From positions 1 through 64,000 of IMG/VR virus record IMGVR_UViG_3300021197_001365: 64,000 bases of DNA. One strand, 5' to 3'. Source of the DNA: a virus. The position numbers and the translations under genes were made by a program. Of this stretch, positions 14,848 through 23,606 are shown one piece after another (within the stretch, counting starts at the first letter, position 1; every line of letters starts with the position of its first letter). The notes under the pieces are model-generated. The model made no database searches, was not told the origin of the DNA, and saw only the letters and a program-made list of their open reading frames with translations.

Positions 14848-14848
14848 T

Positions 14849-15445
14849 ATGAATCTTTTTTATCTTGACGAGAACTTGGACAAGTGTGCCGAGTATCATG
14901 TCGACAAACATATTGTAAAAATGCCATTGGAAGTTGCCCAGATATGCTGTACAGCAGTTTGGGTAGATGTGCATTTGGGTTTTGTACCCCGGGCTTTGAA
15001 TAAATCAGAGTCAGATTATCTTAACTCCTTGAAGAAGGAGATTAAACACTTACCGCCTGAAAGCAGACCACTCACTCCTTACCTGCCTATGATGTACAAT
15101 CACCCTTGTACTATCTGGGCACGTAGTTCTTTGGATAACTATGAGTGGACACACTGCTATGGCAATGCGCTCGGAGAGGAGTATCGCTATCGATATGGCA
15201 AACAGCACAAATCAGTCACAGTTATCAACAAACTGCCCGACATTGTCAAAATGGAAAGACTTGGATTTACCACTTTCGGATTGGCAATGCCAGACGTGCT
15301 CAAAGACTATGACAATCCTATACAGTCTTATCGTGACTACTATCATCTCGATAAGGCTACTTTTGCCAGTTGGACTGGGAGACCTGCCCCCTCATGGTGG
15401 GATGATTCTCTCGCAGATTACGAGGCAAGGATCACGAGAAAATAA
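14849..15445 (+). CDS. Pyrimidine-dimer DNA glycosylase (DenV-like) family protein
   Basis: MNLFYLD..HVDKHIVKMPLE..NHPCTIWARSS..AMPD..SYRDYY. Confidence 0.8.
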   Translation: MNLFYLDENLDKCAEYHVDKHIVKMPLEVAQICCTAVWVDVHLGFVPRALNKSESDYLNSLKKEIKHLPPESRPLTPYLPMMYNHPCTIWARSSLDNYEWTHCYGNALGEEYRYRYGKQHKSVTVINKLPDIVKMERLGFTTFGLAMPDVLKDYDNPIQSYRDYYHLDKATFASWTGRPAPSWWDDSLADYEARITRK

Positions 15446-15603
15446 ATGAAAAATAAAAAAAGTTACAACCACCTTAAACTTGTAGCTTCTCGCTCTGGTC
15501 TATCAAAAGTGGACGATCAGTATTTAGAGTTAGAAAAGCAACAAGAAGAAATCGAAGAGCAAGCAAGATTAATTGCTGAAATGTATGGAGAACCAGACGA
15601 AGA

Positions 15604-15939
15604 ATGAAAAAACTAGGCTTTTGGGTGTATGACACCTACAATTTCTTTTTTAGTCTTAAAATGAACCCTTTAAGATTTATACCAAATGCGTTTACACAGT
15701 ACATACTGATGTTTTATCTATCGGTCATGTGGACAGTTGTATTTACGCTTTGGACTGGATATAGTATTTATTTTGGCCTTGGAAGTGTCGGTGGACACCT
15801 ATTAGTAATTAGTGCTTTTTTTATCACTGCTCTTACCTTTCAAGATGCAGAAAAGAATGGGCATTTATGGGTACAGCGAGTTCAGCCTACCCCAGTACAG
15901 AACAGGAGAGGTGTGTGGAACCTGGAAAAGGAGGGATGA
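15604..15939 (+). CDS. Hypothetical membrane protein
   Basis: Two TM segments. Confidence 0.7.
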   Translation: MKKLGFWVYDTYNFFFSLKMNPLRFIPNAFTQYILMFYLSVMWTVVFTLWTGYSIYFGLGSVGGHLLVISAFFITALTFQDAEKNGHLWVQRVQPTPVQNRRGVWNLEKEG

Positions 15940-16109
15940 GTATTTTTAAAATTGTAGAAGTATTTTATGCTCAAAACGAAAGAGAGTACAGAGTAGTAGA
16001 AAAAAGACCCGACGGAAAAATACAGGACGTAGCGCGACTTACTAGTAGAGCAAAAGCTCAGTACTACATAGATGCTCGTCAACCACAGATAAAATCGGAG
16101 GAGTAATCA

Positions 16110-16484
16110 ATGTCAGGCAAGTTTAAAAGTAAACTATTTAATGTATATCATCCTCCTCACTATAAAGCACATCCCAGCGGGGTAGAGTGTATACAGATTA
16201 CAGAGCATATGAGTTTTTGTCTCGGAAATGCTGTAAAGTATATTTGGAGAGCAGGAATAAAAACTCACGATCCTGTACATGATTTAAGCAAAGCAGTATG
16301 GTATCTAAATAGGGAGATAGCAAAAATTGAGAAGAATCAAGAAAAAAGAGTCCGAGAACTTGTCCGATACGAATATACAGAAAGTGATCGGTCTTCTGAG
16401 TGGCAACAGTCCTATAACAAAGAAGGAAGCCTGTGGTATCCTGAATATAGCATACAATACAACCAGGCTTCAGAGAATAATTGA
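16110..16484 (+). CDS. DUF3310/SaV-like protein
   Basis: HPPHY..GVECI..FCLGNAVKYIWRAG..DLSKAVWYLNREI. Confidence 0.85.
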   Translation: MSGKFKSKLFNVYHPPHYKAHPSGVECIQITEHMSFCLGNAVKYIWRAGIKTHDPVHDLSKAVWYLNREIAKIEKNQEKRVRELVRYEYTESDRSSEWQQSYNKEGSLWYPEYSIQYNQASENN

Positions 16485-17019
16485 TGACTTCGAAGAGACG
16501 CAGGCGTATCGTTCAAAAAGAAAAAGCCAGAATAAAGGGAAGGCAGCCACAAAAGATGAAGTGGCAGATGCGGTTACTCGATTCTTATCCGGCGACTCTA
16601 TCTCAGAAATCGCAGCGGGGTTATACAGGTCATCTGGATTTGTTAAGTCCATCATTGAGCGAACTGGAGTCCCACAAAAAGGAGAAGGAAAATGTGACTA
16701 TCTCCCGGATGAGTGCATTGCTGAAGATTTTGCTACTGGAGAGATAGCTTGGTCGGCTCGTTATCACGGCCCTTGTATTATAAAACAAGAACTCTCAGTA
16801 GATTATCAAGCTGAGAAAGCTGGAATGTCTGATGTAAACTATGAAAAGAAGTATGGGTGCAAAGCTTTCAATGTCTGGGTAATTCAAAAAATGGACGAAG
16901 ATTATAGTGAGCGTTGGACTACTGCACAAGGTGCAGGATTTACCGCAACAGAGCTTGCATATGATCTGGGGAAACTTAATCATTTGGAAGAATATGGGGT
17001 TGATCTATCACGTATTTAA
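16327..17019 (+). CDS. T5 D2-like protein
   Basis: TKKEACGILNI..FLSGDSISEIA..YRS..LPDECIAEDF..GEIAW; synteny with D3. Confidence 0.8.
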   Translation: MRRIKKKESENLSDTNIQKVIGLLSGNSPITKKEACGILNIAYNTTRLQRIIDDFEETQAYRSKRKSQNKGKAATKDEVADAVTRFLSGDSISEIAAGLYRSSGFVKSIIERTGVPQKGEGKCDYLPDECIAEDFATGEIAWSARYHGPCIIKQELSVDYQAEKAGMSDVNYEKKYGCKAFNVWVIQKMDEDYSERWTTAQGAGFTATELAYDLGKLNHLEEYGVDLSRI

Positions 17020-17163
17020 AAATAGTTCTTGACATTCTTGTTATTTTTGTACTATAATATAGTCTTGAAAATGAGGAAAGAAATGTCTGACCGATTTTAT
17101 TTACAACAACTACAAGTTCTGGGTGGTTGCCCAGGTTCACGAAACAAAAAGAGGAAGCGCAGA

Positions 17164-17532
17164 ATGGCGTGGGACGACGATAAAAAAGCACAAGCAGTAT
17201 CTATGTACGAAGAGCAAGACCCTACTCCCGAGACCTCCATGGAGATTGTAAAAGCAATCGCAGAGGAGCTTGAAGAGTCACCAAATGGTGTTCGTATGAT
17301 TCTTACCAAAGCTGGAGTTTATGTAAAGAAGACCCCCGCTTCTGGTGGCAGCAAAGCTGGCACGAGTGGTGGTAGTGGTGGGGGCCGCGTATCAAAGGCT
17401 GCCGCACAAGAATCATTAGTTGCGGCTATCACAGATGCTGGTCAAGAAGTTGATGAGGATGTAATTTCAAAGTTGACGGGAAAAGCAGCTCAATACTTTA
17501 CCACTATTATTGCTAACGTAAACTCAAACTAA
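17164..17532 (+). CDS. T5 D3-like DNA-binding protein
   Basis: MAWDDDKKAQAVSMY..SPNGVRMILTKAGVYVKK..RVSKA..ISKLTGKAA; alternative in-frame start at 17083. Confidence 0.85.
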   Translation: MAWDDDKKAQAVSMYEEQDPTPETSMEIVKAIAEELEESPNGVRMILTKAGVYVKKTPASGGSKAGTSGGSGGGRVSKAAAQESLVAAITDAGQEVDEDVISKLTGKAAQYFTTIIANVNSN

Positions 17533-17647
17533 AAAACTTTAGTTAAACCACTCTCTTTTTGGAGAGTGGTTTTTTGCTAGCCACAGAAACAACCTTAGAG
17601 TTCGGCAAAGTAAAAAATTTTACTGACCTGCTACCTAAGGAGTATTT

Positions 17648-17920
17648 GTGAAAAAAGAGGAATTAGCAGACCTTGTAAATGAGTATGGTGATGCAATAAT
17701 TACTTATCGAAGTGAGAACTCAGGTAAGTTAAAATATAATGTATGTACCCTGGATTTCTCCACACCATATATTCAAAAGAAAAAGAATAGGGCAAAAGAA
17801 TCCCCAGAGACTTTATTGTTATTCTGTTGGGATACTGATTCTTATCGTCTACTAAAACCAGAGAATGTAACCAGTGTTCTTGGGCTGTCTTCGGTTTTAC
17901 AGAACGGTACTCGAAGATGA
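17648..17920 (+). CDS. Conserved T5-like hypothetical protein
   Basis: AAGGAG SD with GTG start; synteny between D3 and the ligase. Confidence 0.7.
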   Translation: MKKEELADLVNEYGDAIITYRSENSGKLKYNVCTLDFSTPYIQKKKNRAKESPETLLLFCWDTDSYRLLKPENVTSVLGLSSVLQNGTRR

Positions 17921-18219
17921 ATCTGCACGAAGCCCCTCCAATGTATGAGCGAGTAATCCACTATAATCAAGAACATGAAGTTCAAATACGGTTAAGTGTA
18001 AATTCTTTTCGTGGGGTAGAATACCTACATCTAAGAAAGTATTATCTCGATTTTGAAGAAGAATGGAAGCCCTCCTCTGATGGAGTAGCTATGCCAATTG
18101 ATTTTAAAAATTCCAGGGAGCTTTTCATAGGACTCACAGAAATTTTATCATTGGCAGAAAGTAAAGATATTCTAGAAGAACACTTTTCTGACATTGTTCG
18201 AAACCTATACATAAAATAG
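17917..18219 (+). CDS. PC4/YdbC-like ssDNA-binding protein
   Basis: RLSVNSFRGVEYLHLRKYY..EWKPSSDGVAM. Confidence 0.85.
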   Translation: MNLHEAPPMYERVIHYNQEHEVQIRLSVNSFRGVEYLHLRKYYLDFEEEWKPSSDGVAMPIDFKNSRELFIGLTEILSLAESKDILEEHFSDIVRNLYIK

Positions 18220-18274
18220 TTCTTGACTTTTCTTTCTTCTTTCTGTATAATATATGGTCTGAGTGGGAGAAATT

Positions 18275-19219
18275 ATGAAAGATTTTTTTGAAAAATGCGA
18301 AGCCGCATACTTCTCGGGCTACCCGATAATCTCGGACGAAGAGTATGATGCGCTTGTAGCAAAGTGGAATCATAAAGCACTGGGCCATACCGTCACAGAC
18401 GGTGTGCTTCATTTGTATAAAATGTATTCTTTACAAAAATACTTTGAACTTAACGACGCCCCCGATACTACAGAGTATGTTTGTACTCCAAAGTTGGACG
18501 GGGCCGCAGTGTCTTTACTGTATGTAAATGGACACTTTGCACTTGGATTGACACGAGGGGACGGTAACTTAGGCCGAGATATTACTTTAAAACTAGAAGA
18601 GCTAGTACCTGCCACTATTCCTATGAAGGGTAATGTGCAGATTACTGGTGAAGTAGTTTTACCCTCGTCCGTCACCAATGCTCGCAATGCTGCAGCGGGG
18701 TTGTTAAACGTCAAAGACATTAAAGAGTTTCGAGATCGCTCTCAAAACTTGGTCTTTGTCGCTTACGACCTCCAGTTTGAAAAAGACTACTCAGACTATA
18801 AAGCAGCAATGCATGCATTGGCCCATGAAGGTTTCAATGTAGTGACAGACTTCGACGCTACTAATTATCCTACGGATGGTTTAGTATACCGCCTGCGCTC
18901 TCAGAGAGCCTTTCAAAAAATGGGACATACAGCCCACCACCCTCGCGGCGCTTTTGCGCTCAAAGAGCAGAAGGCGGGTGTACATACAGAATTACTCGAT
19001 GTTGTGTGGCAAGTAGGTAAATCGGGCGTAGTCAGTCCAGTTGCTATACTTGATCCAGTCGAAGTAGAAGGAGCCATTGTGGGCAGGGCAACTCTACACA
19101 ATATCGAGTACATTCGCTCCCTGGAACTAGAAATTGGTTGTACTGTAGAGGTAATACGTAGTGGGGACATCATTCCGAGAATCGTTCGGAGAGCAGACAT
19201 CCCAAAAAATAGTTCTTGA
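18275..19219 (+). CDS. NAD-dependent DNA ligase subunit A (adenylation plus OB domains)
   Basis: ISDEEYD, MYSL, KLDG, TRGDG, RNAAAG, RATLHN, RSGDIIP. Confidence 0.93.
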   Translation: MKDFFEKCEAAYFSGYPIISDEEYDALVAKWNHKALGHTVTDGVLHLYKMYSLQKYFELNDAPDTTEYVCTPKLDGAAVSLLYVNGHFALGLTRGDGNLGRDITLKLEELVPATIPMKGNVQITGEVVLPSSVTNARNAAAGLLNVKDIKEFRDRSQNLVFVAYDLQFEKDYSDYKAAMHALAHEGFNVVTDFDATNYPTDGLVYRLRSQRAFQKMGHTAHHPRGAFALKEQKAGVHTELLDVVWQVGKSGVVSPVAILDPVEVEGAIVGRATLHNIEYIRSLELEIGCTVEVIRSGDIIPRIVRRADIPKNSS

Positions 19220-19271
19220 CTTTTACCTCAGTTTTTCGTATAATATATTCTACATTTTCGGAGAAGTTTAA

Positions 19272-20060
19272 ATGCTAAGAGAAATCGTGCCACCAACGGA
19301 ATGTCCTTCCTGTGGTACTGAGCTTACTGTTGTCAATGATTTGTTCTACTGTAAAGGTGGAGACTGTTCGGCACAGGCTCAAAAGAAACTCGAGCATTTT
19401 GCAAAGACTCTGAAGATTAAGGGGCTTGGCCCCGCAACAATAGAGAAGCTGAATATTACAGACTTTGATGAAGTCTATATGTGCGACAAAGAAATACTTT
19501 GTGAGAAGTTGGGTGAAAAGCTCGGTACAAAATTGTACAATGAGATTGATAACTCTGCTTCAGCTCCTCTTGATTTAGTGTTACCTGCTTTTGGTATACA
19601 TTTAATCGGAAAAACGGCAACGAAGAAGCTGTCTGAGACTCTTACTTACTTACATGAAATAAATGCAGACACTTGTGAGCGTGCCGGATTAGGCCCAAAA
19701 GCAACCGAGAGTTTATGTACTTGGTTAAAAAAAGACTGGTATGGTTTCTATGATGGATGCCTTCCCTTCGATATGAAGTTTACACCTCCTGGCGTACTGC
19801 CAGTCCCTATGGATAGAGGCGTTGTCTGTATAACCGGAAAGCTTAAGAGTTTTAAGACTAAGGCTCAAGCAGGCACAGCACTCGTTAATCTTGGCTATGT
19901 AGTAAAGTCTAGTTTAACTAAAGATGTAACAATTCTCGTTAATGAGAGCGGCATTGAATCCGCTAAAACTAAACAGGCCAGAGATTCTGGCATTGAAATA
20001 ATCACGGATTTACAATCCTATTTGGAGAAAAAATATGGCACTTCCCAAGTGGACGGATGA
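19272..20060 (+). CDS. NAD-dependent DNA ligase subunit B (Zn finger, HhH, BRCT)
   Basis: PTECPSCG..IKGLGPATIEKL..VCITGKL; promoter at 19216-19244. Confidence 0.92.
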   Translation: MLREIVPPTECPSCGTELTVVNDLFYCKGGDCSAQAQKKLEHFAKTLKIKGLGPATIEKLNITDFDEVYMCDKEILCEKLGEKLGTKLYNEIDNSASAPLDLVLPAFGIHLIGKTATKKLSETLTYLHEINADTCERAGLGPKATESLCTWLKKDWYGFYDGCLPFDMKFTPPGVLPVPMDRGVVCITGKLKSFKTKAQAGTALVNLGYVVKSSLTKDVTILVNESGIESAKTKQARDSGIEIITDLQSYLEKKYGTSQVDG

Positions 20061-20760
20061 GCGCACTGCTCAACTGACAGCTTTTGTGGGGTCTGAAAGC
20101 CCCGTGTCTCAAGATACTGTTGCTGATGCAGCAGAAGAGCTTGAGACTTCTACTCGTTCTATCTCTAGCAAGCTGCGAAAGATGGGCTACGAAGTAGAGC
20201 TCGCTTCTTCACGATCTAACCGCGCTTTCAGTGCAGATCAAGAAGCAACTCTTGCAACTTTTGTGCAAGATAACAGCGGTGAGTATACTTATGCTCAAAT
20301 CGCTGAAAACTTTGAAGGTGGAGCTTTCTCTGCCAAGTCTATCCAAGGCAAGATTTTGTCTATGGAATTGACCGATCATGTAAAACCTGCTCCTAAGGTT
20401 GAGACTGTTCGTACTTACTCTCCCGACGAGGAAGTAACTTTTATCAATATGGTAAATGATGGTGCGTTCGTTGAAGCTATTGCAGACGCTCTTGATCGCT
20501 CTGTAAACTCTGTTCGTGGTAAGGCTCTTAGCCTTCTTCGATCAGGTGAAATTGACGCTATTCCTCGTCAAGAGCACACTAAGGGCGGAGCTAAAGAAGA
20601 TCCTTTGGCTGACCTCGGTGATGTGTCAGGAATGACCGTTGAAGAGATCGCAGAAGCAATCGGCAAGACTGCTCGCGGTGTCAAGACTATGCTCACTCGT
20701 CGTGGCTTGTCAGCTTCTGACTATGACGGTGCAGCTCGAAAAGAAAAGGCCGCTTCCTAA
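20035..20760 (+). CDS. T5 D5-like transcription regulator
   Basis: Tandem HTH repeats (TRSISSKLRKMG, AKSIQGKILSMELT, VNSVRGKALSL, ARGVKTMLTRRG). Confidence 0.9.
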   Translation: MALPKWTDERTAQLTAFVGSESPVSQDTVADAAEELETSTRSISSKLRKMGYEVELASSRSNRAFSADQEATLATFVQDNSGEYTYAQIAENFEGGAFSAKSIQGKILSMELTDHVKPAPKVETVRTYSPDEEVTFINMVNDGAFVEAIADALDRSVNSVRGKALSLLRSGEIDAIPRQEHTKGGAKEDPLADLGDVSGMTVEEIAEAIGKTARGVKTMLTRRGLSASDYDGAARKEKAAS

Positions 20761-20824
20761 GTAGTTTTTCTTTTCCGCAACCGTGGTATTTACTGCGGTT
20801 GCATTTTTATGTTTCGGGGAATAA

Positions 20825-22177
20825 GTGAATATATCTAGCGCATTAATCAAACAGATTATTATGCTCCAGGATGCTGATACCTGGAGTTACTTGCGCAAGC
20901 ATTATCTTCCTACTGAGTACCATACCCTCTTTTCTATAATTGATGGACATTCTCAGAAATTTCATAAAGTTCCCACGTTTGAGGATCTTAAGTTTGAAAT
21001 CCGAGACACAGCTTCGCGGGATAAACTTCTCGCCATTGAAGCACTTGATATTGAGGCAGACCCTTCGATATTGCTTCAGTATCTCAAGAATGAGTATACT
21101 CAAAAAGAGATTCTGTACTCTCTTGAAAAATATATTGACTCCTCTATTTCTTTTGAAGATGCAGAAGAGTCAGTATCCCATCTGCACCAGATTGTTCTAG
21201 ACATCGAAGAAAAAGTAGAACTAGAACAGCCGCAGGAAAGTATGCAACGTATTTCCCTGTTCCCGCCAGATGAGGAATTGGATAAGTACTTGCCCTTAGG
21301 CCTTAACACCGCCTTTGATGAGGAGTTCAAGTTTTCTCCCCGAGACTTGATTCTTGTCGGGGGTCGACGCGGGTCAGGAAAATCCATTACATGCTGTAAT
21401 ATAGCTAATAGTGTATTTGAAAGTGGAAAGTCGGCAATCTATTTCACCATTGAGATGGATAGCCGTGAGATTTTACAAAGATGTTGTGCCATTGCCACAG
21501 GTATTGCTCACGATAAACTTCGTAAGCGAACGCTCAGTGTTAAGGAGTGGGAAACTGTAGCAGCTTGGTGGACGAATCGTTTCGTCGATGCAGATGAAAA
21601 ACTGAAAGAGTATCACGATCATCGTGACTTTGAGAGACTACATTACGAACTCAAGACTAACTGTGAGCTTCTCCCGACTCAACAGTTAGACGTAGTTTAT
21701 GATGCTTCTCTTACAATTTCAAAGATTCGTGCTGAGTTGGATAAAAAAGTAAAAAGTGCAATGGATGTTGGAGTAGTTATTGTAGACTACATCAACCAAG
21801 TAAAACGTTCCAACCTACCATCTCGCGCAGGACAGTATGACTGGACTGAGCAGATAGAGGTAAGTAAAGCATTAAAGTCTATGGCCCAGGAATATGAAGT
21901 TCCAGTTTACAGTCCGTATCAAATTGATGCAACAGGTGAAGCTCGCTTTGCTAAAGGTATTCTTGATGCGGCAGATGCAGCTTTCACGATTGATACGTGG
22001 AAAACTGAAGATGCAGTTATGTCCTTTAATTGTACTAAAATGAGAAGTGGTAAAATGGGAACATTTACTTCTACAATGAACTGGGAAAGCCTAAAGATTG
22101 GGCCAGATACAGCTCTTACACCAGATGAAAGAGAACAAGAAGAACATAAAACTGGCGAAGAAATAAACGACATCTAA
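20825..22177 (+). CDS. Replicative DnaB-like helicase (T5 D6)
   Basis: GGRRGSGKS Walker A, FTIEM, IVDYIN. Confidence 0.92.
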   Translation: MNISSALIKQIIMLQDADTWSYLRKHYLPTEYHTLFSIIDGHSQKFHKVPTFEDLKFEIRDTASRDKLLAIEALDIEADPSILLQYLKNEYTQKEILYSLEKYIDSSISFEDAEESVSHLHQIVLDIEEKVELEQPQESMQRISLFPPDEELDKYLPLGLNTAFDEEFKFSPRDLILVGGRRGSGKSITCCNIANSVFESGKSAIYFTIEMDSREILQRCCAIATGIAHDKLRKRTLSVKEWETVAAWWTNRFVDADEKLKEYHDHRDFERLHYELKTNCELLPTQQLDVVYDASLTISKIRAELDKKVKSAMDVGVVIVDYINQVKRSNLPSRAGQYDWTEQIEVSKALKSMAQEYEVPVYSPYQIDATGEARFAKGILDAADAAFTIDTWKTEDAVMSFNCTKMRSGKMGTFTSTMNWESLKIGPDTALTPDEREQEEHKTGEEINDI

Positions 22178-22245
22178 AAATATTTCTTGACACTCCTGCT
22201 GATTTTTGATATAATATATCTTCTATTGGCAGGAGTTTTTTACGT

Positions 22246-22539
22246 ATGGGGATGATATATGGCTCACTTAGACACACCACATCTGGTAGAGTTAAGAAGA
22301 AAGTTCAAAGACGAGCTAAGACAGCTAAGCGCGTACTTTCCACAAACACTACGCAGTCTTACAGACGACCCACCCCAAAGTATCCAAGCGACTCCGGTAC
22401 AGCTGGAGTTGCCGCTCGAGTGGAACCGCCACGTTACACGGGAACCCTTGTTAAAGGTATCGGAACCATGCATAAATCCAATGCGATACCAATTATCAAC
22501 GAAGAAGAAATGAAAGATTTAGCGAGGATGAGAAGATAA
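22246..22539 (+). CDS. Hypothetical basic protein
   Basis: AGGAG SD, promoter at 22187-22215. Confidence 0.7.
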   Translation: MGMIYGSLRHTTSGRVKKKVQRRAKTAKRVLSTNTTQSYRRPTPKYPSDSGTAGVAARVEPPRYTGTLVKGIGTMHKSNAIPIINEEEMKDLARMRR

Positions 22540-22772
22540 TGCACGACGCACTTATGGAACATTGGAATACTAGAGATACGTGCCCGAACTGTGGAGAAAC
22601 TCTTGAGGGGGATGGGTATAGTAATGGTAATCCTGTACGATGCCCTAACGCTTTAGAAGAGGACTGGTGGTATTCTGAGCCCGACAGCGGGCCTTGGTTC
22701 TGTAGTATAGATGACGACTATGATGAGCCTACCGAAATGGATGAGTGGGCTTCTTTTGATCCGGACTGTTAA
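22539..22772 (+). CDS. Small acidic Zn-ribbon-like protein
   Basis: CPNCG..CP..FC; coupled on both sides. Confidence 0.65.
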   Translation: MHDALMEHWNTRDTCPNCGETLEGDGYSNGNPVRCPNALEEDWWYSEPDSGPWFCSIDDDYDEPTEMDEWASFDPDC

Positions 22773-23605
22773 TGAACGTAGAAGAGTTATTACAATCTAA
22801 ACAGGTTCCGTTTATACCGAAAGGTAAGGATTATGTAGTATCGTGCCTAAGTCCTGAGCACGATGATAGTAACCCAAGTATGCGGGTTGACCAGATTACA
22901 GGTATATTTCATTGTTTCTCTTGTGGTTACAAGGGAAATCTTTTTGTGCATTTTGGAGAAAAGGCAAGTTTTCTACACTTACGCAGAGAACTACTTAAGA
23001 AAAAAATTCGTGAAAAGAGAGCTGAAAGTGTGGGCTTGCCTTTTCCCCGAAGTGCATTACCTTATGTAGGTAATTGGAGAAATATTAAACCAGAAACCTA
23101 TCGTAAGTTTGAAGCTTTCCAAGAACATGAAAGTTTTATAGGCAGAGTTGTATTTCCTATTCGTGATATGTCTGGGCGGATAGTTGCTTTTAATGCACGA
23201 CATATGACAGGAGGTACTCCAAAGTATCTAATTAGCCCGCCTGGGGCACGAATGCCTCTCTTTCCGGCAAAGATAGATTCTATACAAGCTAGTGTTATTC
23301 TTGTAGAAGGAATCTATGATATGCTTAATTTACATGACAAAGGACTTACCAATGCGGTTTGTTGTTTTGGTACTCGCAATATCAATGAGGAAAAATTATC
23401 AATTCTTCGGCTCCAGGGTATAGAAGAAGCCATCGTATTTTTTGATGGAGATGAAGCAGGCCAAGCAGCCGCAATAAAAGTTCAAGAGATGTGTAAGAAC
23501 GTAGACCTGCTAACACGAAATATTAATATAGCAGATATAGACCCTGGTGCTCTTACCGAGAATCAAGTGGAGAAGTTAAAAAGTAAACTCTATAAAGGAG
23601 TATAG
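22772..23605 (+). CDS. DNA primase (CHC2 Zn finger plus TOPRIM)
   Basis: CLSPEHDD..FHCFSCG; LVEGIYD; FDGDEAG. Confidence 0.95.
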   Translation: MNVEELLQSKQVPFIPKGKDYVVSCLSPEHDDSNPSMRVDQITGIFHCFSCGYKGNLFVHFGEKASFLHLRRELLKKKIREKRAESVGLPFPRSALPYVGNWRNIKPETYRKFEAFQEHESFIGRVVFPIRDMSGRIVAFNARHMTGGTPKYLISPPGARMPLFPAKIDSIQASVILVEGIYDMLNLHDKGLTNAVCCFGTRNINEEKLSILRLQGIEEAIVFFDGDEAGQAAAIKVQEMCKNVDLLTRNINIADIDPGALTENQVEKLKSKLYKGV

Positions 23606-23606
23606 T

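Noticed and set aside
18275-20060. Ligase pseudogene or frameshift
   Set aside because: A split NAD ligase is a normal T5 feature; both halves are intact and the second has its own promoter and SD.
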